A DNA stretch of 20,000 nt from an uncultured virus (IMG/VR IMGVR_UViG_3300042485_000896) (taxonomy: Duplodnaviria > Heunggongvirae > Uroviricota > Caudoviricetes). Positions within the stretch are counted from its first letter, which is position 1. Every line of letters begins with the position of its first letter. The notes beneath the pieces were generated by a model. The model was not told the origin of the DNA, made no database searches, and worked only from the letters and a program-made list of their open reading frames with translations. This document shows positions 8,151 through 16,125 of this stretch, in pieces. The position numbers and the translations under genes were made by a program. The DNA lies in IMG/VR virus record IMGVR_UViG_3300042485_000896. The stretch is one strand, 5' to 3'.

Positions 8151-8845
8151 GGGAGTTTTCTTTCAAACTCTGCTTGTGCTGCCATGCTATCTAGAGCTGC
8201 CTTGACATCAGGGAAGTGATGGGCAATTATATCCCAGCACTGCACTGCAACGATACGGTGTTCCTTTTGAGTCGCCTTATCCATGCGCAACTGACAGTAG
8301 TGAACCCATGACCGAAGCGAACCTGCCATGATGATAGTTGATTCTGTTAGACCTTCAGGGAGAACAGCACGTGCCTGTTCCTTGGCGATACCATTTTCAA
8401 TTGCCCACTCATAAGCATCTACCGCAGCATGAGTTAAGGTTCGTTGTTTCAAATCCCACTCTCCAGCAAGTTCGCTATCTTCAACTTCTACTGAGTTCTG
8501 TCTGTTCTTGGCATCCTGCAGACGTGCTTCCCGTACAACAAATCCCAGATCCTTGGTTGGATCGGCGTAACGCTGACTGTACTCTTGGAATCTGAAAGAA
8601 CTATGCCGCAAAATCTGGCGGGCAATATCTCGTGTTGTTTTAATTTCCATTGCGACATGGACCATCTCCAGTGGTGACCAGTGTTGGTTCTTAATAAGAT
8701 ACTGAACCAGTTTAGGTGCTGTTGCGGTGTTGTTTTGGTTTGACGGATTAGATACTCTTGCTGCCCATGCAACAAGTTCATTAGCAGTATTACATTCTGT
8801 GTAGGCAGAAGGTTTCGACAGACTTACTAGGTTTACTTCACTCAT
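8147..8845 (-). CDS. thyX: flavin-dependent thymidylate synthase ThyX
   Basis: ARVS, HWSPLEM, RQILRHSSFRFQEYSQRY, AKEQARAVLP, LRSWVHYCQLR, TQKEHR. Confidence 0.95.
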   Translation of the reverse strand: MSEVNLVSLSKPSAYTECNTANELVAWAARVSNPSNQNNTATAPKLVQYLIKNQHWSPLEMVHVAMEIKTTRDIARQILRHSSFRFQEYSQRYADPTKDLGFVVREARLQDAKNRQNSVEVEDSELAGEWDLKQRTLTHAAVDAYEWAIENGIAKEQARAVLPEGLTESTIIMAGSLRSWVHYCQLRMDKATQKEHRIVAVQCWDIIAHHFPDVKAALDSMAAQAEFERKLP

Positions 8846-9039
8846 TAAATGTTTTCCAATGCTTCCAACTTGTCTTTGTATTCAGCGATATGACCAAGTT
8901 CTAGTTCAATCGCACCCATGAAGTCAGTATGCTCATGAATTGCCATTGGGTTATTCATCATAACACGCACGTTCATTGCATGCTTTTCAATGTGTGCTTG
9001 AAAATGCTTCCGAAGCACATGTTTAATATCATCTTTCAT
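8845..9039 (-). CDS. conserved T4-like hypothetical protein (64 aa)
   Basis: Coupled to both neighbours; the HIEKH.MNV...NP.AI.EH pattern is familiar from environmental T4-like phages. Confidence 0.75.
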   Translation of the reverse strand: MKDDIKHVLRKHFQAHIEKHAMNVRVMMNNPMAIHEHTDFMGAIELELGHIAEYKDKLEALENI

Positions 9040-9581
9040 TCAACTCTCCATGATTTTGTATTCAGTTTAATATTAGTCGGCCAATCACCCTCGGTAAATG
9101 ACTTGTCGTGGAACCGTAGTTCATTTGTTGGCATGATACACAGTCTGCCATTGTCTAGTTCTATAAACATAAACTCCTTAGACTGCGATGGATGCATACT
9201 GTAACCATCGTTCATCGGAATGGCAGTAAACAGATAGCGACCAAACTCTCCAGTGCTCCGTATCTCTGCTCGCTGGGTGTTTAGATAATCATAACTGACA
9301 ACTGAGAATTGATCACCATAACAATCCCATACCTGTGTATCATCAAGTCTCCAAAATGGTTCTGGTTCTACAGAAAATGCCAGAGCATGCGGAGGAACGC
9401 CACGGTAGACTGCACCACATTCCAACATCACATGGCAACCCCATGAATGTCCAGGTTTTGAATGTAATGCAAACCAAACGCAGGGTTCAAAGATATAAGG
9501 TTCTACATCTTTACGAATGAATGATGATTGCACCCAGCAGTAAATATGATTTGGGATGTTTCCCGATCCAGTATAAAGCAT
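9036..9581 (-). CDS. conserved phage hypothetical protein (181 aa)
   Basis: Intact coupled ORF with aromatic/Cys-rich motifs GAVYRGVPPHAL, QVWDCYG, YLFT and LDNGR..MPTN. Confidence 0.75.
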   Translation of the reverse strand: MLYTGSGNIPNHIYCWVQSSFIRKDVEPYIFEPCVWFALHSKPGHSWGCHVMLECGAVYRGVPPHALAFSVEPEPFWRLDDTQVWDCYGDQFSVVSYDYLNTQRAEIRSTGEFGRYLFTAIPMNDGYSMHPSQSKEFMFIELDNGRLCIMPTNELRFHDKSFTEGDWPTNIKLNTKSWRVE

Positions 9582-9847
9582 TACTCGACTTCAAATTCTT
9601 TGACAGTCTGGAACTGTGCCTTGCTTACGAAACCAATGCCCAATAGATGGTCTACACGGTCAGTTGCATCGGCATAATTTGCATACCTGCCATCATCGAA
9701 CCACCACCATCGGTCGAGACCAAGAAACCAGCGAGGTTCGCGTCGGTATTCGACCAACCACATATCGTCTGTTCGATGAATACGCAACTTTGTAATTCTG
9801 GTATGACGGATTTCTACGCCATATTCATTAGCGACCAATTCGCTCAT
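9581..9847 (-). CDS. hypothetical Trp-rich protein (88 aa)
   Basis: Start reassigned to ATG 9847 (GGAGG SD, ATGA overlap with the primase stop). Confidence 0.7.
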   Translation of the reverse strand: MSELVANEYGVEIRHTRITKLRIHRTDDMWLVEYRREPRWFLGLDRWWWFDDGRYANYADATDRVDHLLGIGFVSKAQFQTVKEFEVE

Positions 9848-10875
9848 ACTTTCCTCCACATGGCATACTTTGCCTTTGCTGATAGACCTTGAAACGTATT
9901 ATCATTTATAATACTCTGGATTTCACCAGAAGTCAATCCATTTTCAATCATTTCATTAATATCTTTTCCTGGAACATCTGGCCAGATGACCATCTTATAC
10001 CCCATATCAATATACTTATTCATCAACTTACCAACGTCTCTGTTTTTAGGTTGGTTGTCGAAAATAATTGTTATTTTTTCTTTCGGTATCGGGAGTTGGT
10101 CGATTTTTCCGAATGACGTTCCAGCACAAGCGATAGAATTATCCAGAAAAAGGGAGTCAAGGGGTCCTTCGACGACGAGTACTTCTTTTGTAGGATCGAT
10201 TTGATCCAAACCGAAAATCGATGGTGCATCTTCATCTACCTTAACATTGATATACCGTAATGACTCACCTCTGATTCCACGAAGACTAACAACAAGTAGT
10301 TTACCAGCGCCATCAAGAAAAGGAATCGCGAGTCTCGGTTCAGTTGTGATGATCGAATCTTTGTATTTAGCATTAAGTTGAACCACGTCTTTAACATTAG
10401 GAATGAAATACAACCGATCAAAAGCAGAGCGAGGGATTTTGCGGTCAGTAACATATTGGATTACCTCATGATCATCTGGTAGTGTGTCAAGTCGATCCAT
10501 AATCGAGTCGAGTAGTTTGGGTTCAGGTTTCTTGGCAAACTTCGGTTCTTCAAACTTGAGAACTGATTCTACAGTCTTGTGTGATGTCTTATTATGAGCG
10601 CCATCGGCATAACGCTCTACGACATATTGACTATAAAGATTTGCATCGAAGTTCTTCAGGAAGGTTCCGAAGTGATGACTTGCACCACACTTGTGGCACT
10701 TGTAATACAGATCGTTCTTCCCGCGATAGAAGTATCCTCGCGCCTTGCGCTTATTACGCTGTGAGTCGCCGCAGAGAGGACACCTGCAGTTATATAGATC
10801 TTGCGATTTTTTCTTGAAGTTCTCGAGACGATACGAAACCGAATGGAGATACTTGATATCAATATATAAACTCAT
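9844..10875 (-). CDS. gp61: DNA primase (T4 gp61-like)
   Basis: Zn finger CPLCGDS...CHKC; TOPRIM motifs VVEGPLDS, FDNQP and KDINEM. Confidence 0.95.
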   Translation of the reverse strand: MSLYIDIKYLHSVSYRLENFKKKSQDLYNCRCPLCGDSQRNKRKARGYFYRGKNDLYYKCHKCGASHHFGTFLKNFDANLYSQYVVERYADGAHNKTSHKTVESVLKFEEPKFAKKPEPKLLDSIMDRLDTLPDDHEVIQYVTDRKIPRSAFDRLYFIPNVKDVVQLNAKYKDSIITTEPRLAIPFLDGAGKLLVVSLRGIRGESLRYINVKVDEDAPSIFGLDQIDPTKEVLVVEGPLDSLFLDNSIACAGTSFGKIDQLPIPKEKITIIFDNQPKNRDVGKLMNKYIDMGYKMVIWPDVPGKDINEMIENGLTSGEIQSIINDNTFQGLSAKAKYAMWRKV

Positions 10876-10881
10876 AATATA

Positions 10882-10910
10882 GTTATACCCGATTCTGGGG
10901 TAAAAGTAAA
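10882..10910 (-). promoter_or_regulatory. sigma70/T4-early-type promoter, probably giving a leaderless primase mRNA
   Basis: Minus strand TTTACT(10910-10905)-17 nt-TATAAC(10887-10882), then only 6 nt (TATATT) before the ATG; no SD. Confidence 0.65.
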
Positions 10911-10915
10911 GGGAT

Positions 10916-11383
10916 TTATCCGATATATTTCATAATCATTGGAAGTATCTTGGTAATGATAGCACCGATAACGATACCACCACCAATCATAATATACTTG
11001 GTTTTTTCCAATTTGTCAATACGATTTTTATGTTTTTCTTCTTCTTTATCAACTGAACCTTTAAGTTCTCTGATAGCAGCAAGCATCTTGTCTTCGGTAG
11101 ACTGAATTTTTGCCTCAAGTTCACGTGTGGTTGTTGTGATACGCGAATGTAACTCGGCGTTACTTTCCTTGGTTTCTTGTCTATGCACTTCTAAACTCGT
11201 GTAGATATCTTCGTTGACTGTTTCTTGCGCATCGAGTTTAGTATCATGAACAGCAAGCATCTTATTGATGCAGTTGGAAACATCACCAATCTTTTCGATG
11301 GCGAGGTCGAGACGACTGAACACGACCTGAATTTGCTTCAGATCGTGTTCGATTACCGCGACTTTTGTTTCCAAAGATTCCAA
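10916..11383 (-). CDS. coiled-coil protein with single C-terminal TM helix (possible lysis accessory, XhlA-like topology)
   Basis: Long heptad region followed by YIMIGGGIVIGAIITKILP; TTG start directly after the upstream stop; lies downstream of the endolysin. Confidence 0.65.
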   Translation of the reverse strand: MESLETKVAVIEHDLKQIQVVFSRLDLAIEKIGDVSNCINKMLAVHDTKLDAQETVNEDIYTSLEVHRQETKESNAELHSRITTTTRELEAKIQSTEDKMLAAIRELKGSVDKEEEKHKNRIDKLEKTKYIMIGGGIVIGAIITKILPMIMKYIG

Positions 11384-11554
11384 TTACTTTGCCTTTGGTT
11401 TACGTGCTTTTTTGACAACTGCCTTGACTTCAGCAACCTTTGCTTCTGCTTTGTCAACAGCAGCAGTGATCTCAGCAAGATCTACCTTGCCATCCTTGTT
11501 AGTGTCAACGAAACCGAAAAGTTTCTTTAGTGCGTCTTTGATTTGATTAAGCAT
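11384..11554 (-). CDS. small EF-hand-motif protein with Lys/Ala-rich tail (56 aa)
   Basis: MLNQIKDALKKLFGFVDTNKDGKVDLAE...KKARKPKAK; start reassigned to ATG 11554, just after the endolysin stop. Confidence 0.7.
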   Translation of the reverse strand: MLNQIKDALKKLFGFVDTNKDGKVDLAEITAAVDKAEAKVAEVKAVVKKARKPKAK

Positions 11555-11558
11555 ATTC

Positions 11559-12734
11559 TTATCCCCATGCTGCGAATTGTTTTGTTTTCTTAATACGGTC
11601 ATCAAGACCATGCGTACCACCGTTTACGCGACGAGTAATCTGACCAATGACTGCATCGGTAACACCCTTACCCGCAATTGCAAACAGACCGTTCTTGTTG
11701 AAGAACCACAATGCTGACTCGAATGCAAGTTCAGTTGCTACGATGTCAGGATTTGTCAGAACATCAGGACGACCGATGTCTTGAGAGAATTGGGTGTAGT
11801 TGCTCTTACCAGTTAATTGGATCGGACCACGTCCACGGAACTTCCATCCATCACCCGAAGATTCTGGTCCATTGCCCATACGATTAGCATAGACCTTGTT
11901 AGCAATCTTCTCTGGTTTACGAGCATACCCTGCAGTCGATGCGATTGTTGGGAAGTACTTCTTGAAGATACCGTTGAGTCCCTTGTCACTGTAGTTCAGG
12001 TTCTCTTGGAATACCTTGAAACCACCTGATTCGTGAGCACACTGTCCGAAGAAGTGGGCAGCACCAGCAGTCGACAACTTGTAGTAATCTCTTGCTGCTT
12101 TGAATGTTCCTGGACCCCACTTACCATCAGCAGCGACACCACATTTTGCTTGTAGTGATTGCATTGGTCCGAGTCCAGCAGTTGATGTCGCTTGTACCGC
12201 TGCCTTAGCAACCTGCGCGACTGCTTGAACGGCAGGAGCACCTGCTTCTCTAGTAGTCGATGGATCGAAATCTTTAACAGGAGTATACTTTGTTCCACCT
12301 GCCTTAGACTTGGTAGCAACCAGACGCTGCTTGCGGTTTCCACCTTCCTTCTTAATGGAAGCATGGACCCAACCAGAGTTCTTGTCACCAGCAGCATAGA
12401 ATTCTAGGATGACTTGGTCAAACTCTAGATTGTCAGCAACCCAGTCAGCAACCTTCTTATTGTCAACACCCTTTACTTCAAAGTCAATTGCTTGACCATT
12501 AACGTGCTGGGAAGTAGCAGATCCACCAACTGCCTTATTGACAAGTGGTGCACGATACGAAGAGTTGATTGTTACTGGACCAAACTTAGCACGAACAGGT
12601 TCGAGAATCTTTTCACAGCAGTAACGCATGTTCTCAATATGTTCAGCAGTTGGTGTGTTAGGAATGCCAAGACGCTTTGCGGTTGGCGATACAATCATTT
12701 CAGCGAGAGTAAAATGTTCAGTTAGTTGTGTCAT
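11559..12734 (-). CDS. modular endolysin: peptidase M15A + linker/PG-binding-like segment + GH19 glycosidase
   Basis: M15: SSYR, SQHVNGQAID, WVH. Mid: LQAKCGVAADGKWGPGT. GH19: FFGQCAHESGG, FRGRGPIQLTGKSNY, RVNGGTHGLDDR. Confidence 0.9.
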   Translation of the reverse strand: MTQLTEHFTLAEMIVSPTAKRLGIPNTPTAEHIENMRYCCEKILEPVRAKFGPVTINSSYRAPLVNKAVGGSATSQHVNGQAIDFEVKGVDNKKVADWVADNLEFDQVILEFYAAGDKNSGWVHASIKKEGGNRKQRLVATKSKAGGTKYTPVKDFDPSTTREAGAPAVQAVAQVAKAAVQATSTAGLGPMQSLQAKCGVAADGKWGPGTFKAARDYYKLSTAGAAHFFGQCAHESGGFKVFQENLNYSDKGLNGIFKKYFPTIASTAGYARKPEKIANKVYANRMGNGPESSGDGWKFRGRGPIQLTGKSNYTQFSQDIGRPDVLTNPDIVATELAFESALWFFNKNGLFAIAGKGVTDAVIGQITRRVNGGTHGLDDRIKKTKQFAAWG

Positions 12735-12745
12735 TATCTTACCCC

Positions 12746-13195
12746 TTAGAATGGACCGAAGTCGTCGTCGCTGTCTTTATACTTATCGATAGCAGCCATT
12801 AGTTTGATTTCAGTATCTGCTTCGATCGACTCTGCTTTGGCGTGTTCAGTGTGCGCCTCAGCAAGATGCTTATAATCAGTCTTACCGAGTTCCTGAACCT
12901 TAACATTTGGATCAAACTCAGTGACCTTCATGCCCATCATCGTTGCAAAAGCACCAACAAATGCACCAATAATCATCGAGAACGCAGGACCAATAATCTT
13001 AAAGATCTCATTATTATCGATTAGATCGTTTGGCATAAACATGCCAACGAGGAATATGAATACAACTGCTAACATGATAGATGCTAGAACAATCGTTACC
13101 ATCTTCATAATGGTAAGTTGGACTTTGCCCTTCTCGAGTTCAAGTTGTTCCAGCGATTCAATCGGTGGTGATGAGAAAAAATTTGACAAATTCAT
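12746..13195 (-). CDS. two-TM membrane protein, holin candidate
   Basis: TM1 MVTIVLASIMLAVVFIFLVGMF, TM2 IIGPAFSMIIGAFVGAFATMMG, charged C-terminal tail; immediately upstream of the endolysin. Confidence 0.6.
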   Translation of the reverse strand: MNLSNFFSSPPIESLEQLELEKGKVQLTIMKMVTIVLASIMLAVVFIFLVGMFMPNDLIDNNEIFKIIGPAFSMIIGAFVGAFATMMGMKVTEFDPNVKVQELGKTDYKHLAEAHTEHAKAESIEADTEIKLMAAIDKYKDSDDDFGPF

Positions 13196-13200
13196 GGGAA

Positions 13201-13740
13201 TTATTTCCTTCTTATAACGTTATTCTTTTTGCGCCACTTCTTCTGAGCAGCTTTAGAAACTCCAGGTTCCGCTTGGTTTGGAATGCTTGGATTATTTATA
13301 CCGATACCAGCAACACCGCCACCCGCGACGCCCATGCCTTCTTCAGTAACATAGTCTTTAAATGACAACATTGTATTTAATTCCAATTGTTCTGCAATAG
13401 TTTTAGTTTCTTCGTGTTCCATTGTCATATAAAGAATTTCTTCTAGGATATCCTCGTCGTATTCGACGTTTTCCTTAACAAGTGCAATAGCAGCGGCGAA
13501 AGAAAGAAACTTACTATTCGCAAATGGAACTTTTTCTATGATTCGCTTCAACTTAAAGACCATACGGTGAAGGAGACTGTATGATTCTCTTTCTTCTTCC
13601 GTTGCAAGATCCTGTTCTCTCTTCAGGACATTACCATGTGCATCGATGATACCGAGACGATATGCATCTGTCTCGGTAAATGAAGTCGTCAACATACGTA
13701 AAATGCGGTATGTTATCAGTGCATCGACAAACCTGGCCAT
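13201..13740 (-). CDS. conserved T4-like hypothetical protein (179 aa)
   Basis: The YRILRML..F...DAY.LGIID..G..L pattern is familiar from T4-like phages; Gly-rich then basic C-terminal tail. Confidence 0.75.
   Translation of the reverse strand: MARFVDALITYRILRMLTTSFTETDAYRLGIIDAHGNVLKREQDLATEEERESYSLLHRMVFKLKRIIEKVPFANSKFLSFAAAIALVKENVEYDEDILEEILYMTMEHEETKTIAEQLELNTMLSFKDYVTEEGMGVAGGGVAGIGINNPSIPNQAEPGVSKAAQKKWRKKNNVIRRK
13293..13300 (-). promoter_or_regulatory. T4 late promoter consensus TATAAATA upstream of the lysis cassette
   Basis: Exact TATAAATA on the minus strand about 100 nt upstream of the holin candidate, inside the 3' end of the preceding CDS. Confidence 0.5.
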
Positions 13741-14093
13741 TAAATCCCTCTTAACTTGTTAACGATCGTCTGATCCATAAAGACATCTGGTAACTCATCT
13801 TCTGTCATTCGATTTAAGAACAACAGAAACGGTTTAATCAGAGGCATTAGATCCGAAAGTTTATAGACAATCATATCTGTCGCTGCTTGATTGAACACAT
13901 TATATAGAACCAACAAATGATTTATAATAAGACGATCGTTTAAAACATTAGTATTTTGATATCGCGTCAACAATCTTCGAAGATAAACAAACCGCTTTAA
14001 ATCTTCCTGTAAATCCGAAATACCAGTGCATCCAGGACTATCATAGTGTTTAATTGCGAACATTAAAAAAGTTTCTTCATTCAATACATTCAT
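13740..14093 (-). CDS. conserved T4-like hypothetical protein (117 aa)
   Basis: FAIKHYD.P.C...EDLKRF.Y..RL...RLIINHL..LYNVF motif typical of T4-like phages. Confidence 0.8.
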   Translation of the reverse strand: MNVLNEETFLMFAIKHYDSPGCTGISDLQEDLKRFVYLRRLLTRYQNTNVLNDRLIINHLLVLYNVFNQAATDMIVYKLSDLMPLIKPFLLFLNRMTEDELPDVFMDQTIVNKLRGI

Positions 14094-14094
14094 A

Positions 14095-14547
14095 TTATGT
14101 TACCGTTGCTGTGCCTCCAATGAAATACCATCTTCCAGTCAAGCACATCAACGTTGCAGTATCACCCGCTGAATTGAAAACAATTGAAGAATGACCAATA
14201 TTATCATTGATTGTTAGAGCATGACCACCAGTATTACTTGTCATTACAACAACTTTAATCTGCCCGTCAGTTCCATCTACGATAGAAAGAGTCCCTGCAC
14301 CATCAGGCGAAGTAATCTTTGTTACCAGTGAAGCGATACTGATGGCGCCAGCAGAAGTCATTGTCTGCACAGCGCCACCAAGAATCAGATCGTCTTCCAG
14401 AACTACAGGAACTGGAATACCACCAAACAGATTAGCAACACTTACCTTGTGATCATATGGTGATGTTGCTGGTTTAACAACATACATCAAGTCTGTAGCA
14501 ACAAGCGATGACGCTGTTGTTAGTGCGATAAGTTTGCTATCTGCCAT
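14095..14547 (-). CDS. putative virion structural protein (150 aa)
   Basis: MADSKLIALT N-terminus; beta-rich Thr/Gly/Ser composition; late-gene context. Confidence 0.6.
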   Translation of the reverse strand: MADSKLIALTTASSLVATDLMYVVKPATSPYDHKVSVANLFGGIPVPVVLEDDLILGGAVQTMTSAGAISIASLVTKITSPDGAGTLSIVDGTDGQIKVVVMTSNTGGHALTINDNIGHSSIVFNSAGDTATLMCLTGRWYFIGGTATVT

Positions 14548-14553
14548 TTTCTA

Positions 14554-16125
14554 TTAATCCTCTGGGAACTCGATGTCATCAGCAGCATCATTGCTGATAC
14601 CGTTCTTCGAAAGTGCAACCAGAACTTCATACTGGATACGACCAGCATGAGCACCAGTTAGAACCTTACGCTTTACCCAACCAGTGTGAGCAACAGCACC
14701 AGATTCTGCCTCGTCAATACCTTGGTTTACACCAAGAGCAGCACGAGCAGTAGCAGTTGTTGCAGTCATCAGATCGAAATACTGATCATTATTACCAGTA
14801 CCAGAAATAAGGACGATTGTGAATGGCGTATATGTTAAACCAGTTGGTGTACCAGTAGTTGTAGTAAGCGCAGAACCATCTTCACCCGTCAGAGTAAATC
14901 CAGTTACGGATGGCGATGTACCTGTAACAGCAGAAACAGTATAGATGCTGCCCGTCGCATATCCAGAAATAGTACCAGTTCCACCTAGTGTACCAGTAAT
15001 ACGAATACGATCACCTGCTGCTAGAGTAGTTGCGGTGCAAGTAAACTGACCGCCAGTTCCAGAGATAGCAACACCAGCAAGTGCGGTACGACCAGCAGCA
15101 GCGGATTCCGATGCAGCCAAACGGAACAGACCAGTTGTAAACCCTAGAGCAGAAACAAAGTATGAAGTTCCGTTTACTAAACCAGTAACAGCAGTACCAC
15201 CATTATGATAATACTTGATTTCTTCACCAGAAACTAAACCGTGAGTAGCATAAGTAAACTTCTCTTCAGCAATAGTAACAGCAGATGTAGGCACAGTTCT
15301 GCGTGGAACCTGAAGACTTACAGTTGGTGCAGTTTCATATGAAGAACCATTGTCTGTTACAGTGATTGCAGTAACTACGCCATCAGAGATGGTCGCTGTT
15401 GCCTCAGCATCAGCACCACCACCACCTGAGAAACCAACAGCAGGGGTTTCAAGGTAACGTGTACCACCTTGGATCAAAGCAACTGCCGAAACATATCCAC
15501 CTGTTTGGTCGCCGTGAATTTCGGACCGTCTTACACCAAAAACTTGTGTCGATTCAAAGTCAGTTGTCGCAGCAGAAGCCATCGACGTTGGTTTTTCACT
15601 AACACGATAATCCTGACCTGAGAATGCAGTCAGAGTTGTTCCTGGATTTGCATTGATAACAGTGGCGGATGTTTCGCTGGCAATTGCAGTCACAATCATT
15701 TCCTGGTCGCCGACGCGAACGATATCGTTGACAAGCATTTCATCTTCAAGAAAGAAACTGTCAGTGCCTGTTAGAGTTCCGCGACCAAGTGCAAGTGGTA
15801 GTGTGAATGTATGTGAAGAACCAACACCATCAGTTGATGCTATTACTGTTGGAAAATTATGTAGTGCATTCGCCTCTGTGGCAGCAACCATGAAAGTGTT
15901 TGCTGTTACGTTGGTAACATAGTATGTGCTACCAGATGTCAGACCAACGACCGAAGTCCCCGATCCGTTTGAATATGCAACAGGATCACCCAGTTGGAAT
16001 GGATGATTTGCTGAAGTGTAAACACCAGCAGCATGACCTGTTGCGGCGTTGAATGTAATAGCAGGTGCAGTAAGAGTTACTGTACCTGATCTTAATTTAC
16101 TATCTGATTTACCCCATGCGGACAT
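14554..16125 (-). CDS. virion structural/fibre-like protein with internal repeated beta-domains (523 aa)
   Basis: MSAWG N-terminus and GWVKR..GRIQYEVLVAL C-terminus; duplicated H(P/G)F/L..G....Y..G.GT.V.GL..G..Y(Y/F)V domain; Thr/Gly/Ala-rich. Confidence 0.7.
   Translation of the reverse strand: MSAWGKSDSKLRSGTVTLTAPAITFNAATGHAAGVYTSANHPFQLGDPVAYSNGSGTSVVGLTSGSTYYVTNVTANTFMVAATEANALHNFPTVIASTDGVGSSHTFTLPLALGRGTLTGTDSFFLEDEMLVNDIVRVGDQEMIVTAIASETSATVINANPGTTLTAFSGQDYRVSEKPTSMASAATTDFESTQVFGVRRSEIHGDQTGGYVSAVALIQGGTRYLETPAVGFSGGGGADAEATATISDGVVTAITVTDNGSSYETAPTVSLQVPRRTVPTSAVTIAEEKFTYATHGLVSGEEIKYYHNGGTAVTGLVNGTSYFVSALGFTTGLFRLAASESAAAGRTALAGVAISGTGGQFTCTATTLAAGDRIRITGTLGGTGTISGYATGSIYTVSAVTGTSPSVTGFTLTGEDGSALTTTTGTPTGLTYTPFTIVLISGTGNNDQYFDLMTATTATARAALGVNQGIDEAESGAVAHTGWVKRKVLTGAHAGRIQYEVLVALSKNGISNDAADDIEFPED

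Noticed and set aside
3723..8845. Possible introns or inteins in nrdA, nrdB and thyX (common in T4-like phages)
   Set aside because: All three are continuous, of normal or compact length, with no intein or intron signatures.
10916..11383. i-spanin call for the coiled-coil protein
   Set aside because: The TM helix is C-terminal rather than N-terminal, and no lipobox-bearing o-spanin was seen.
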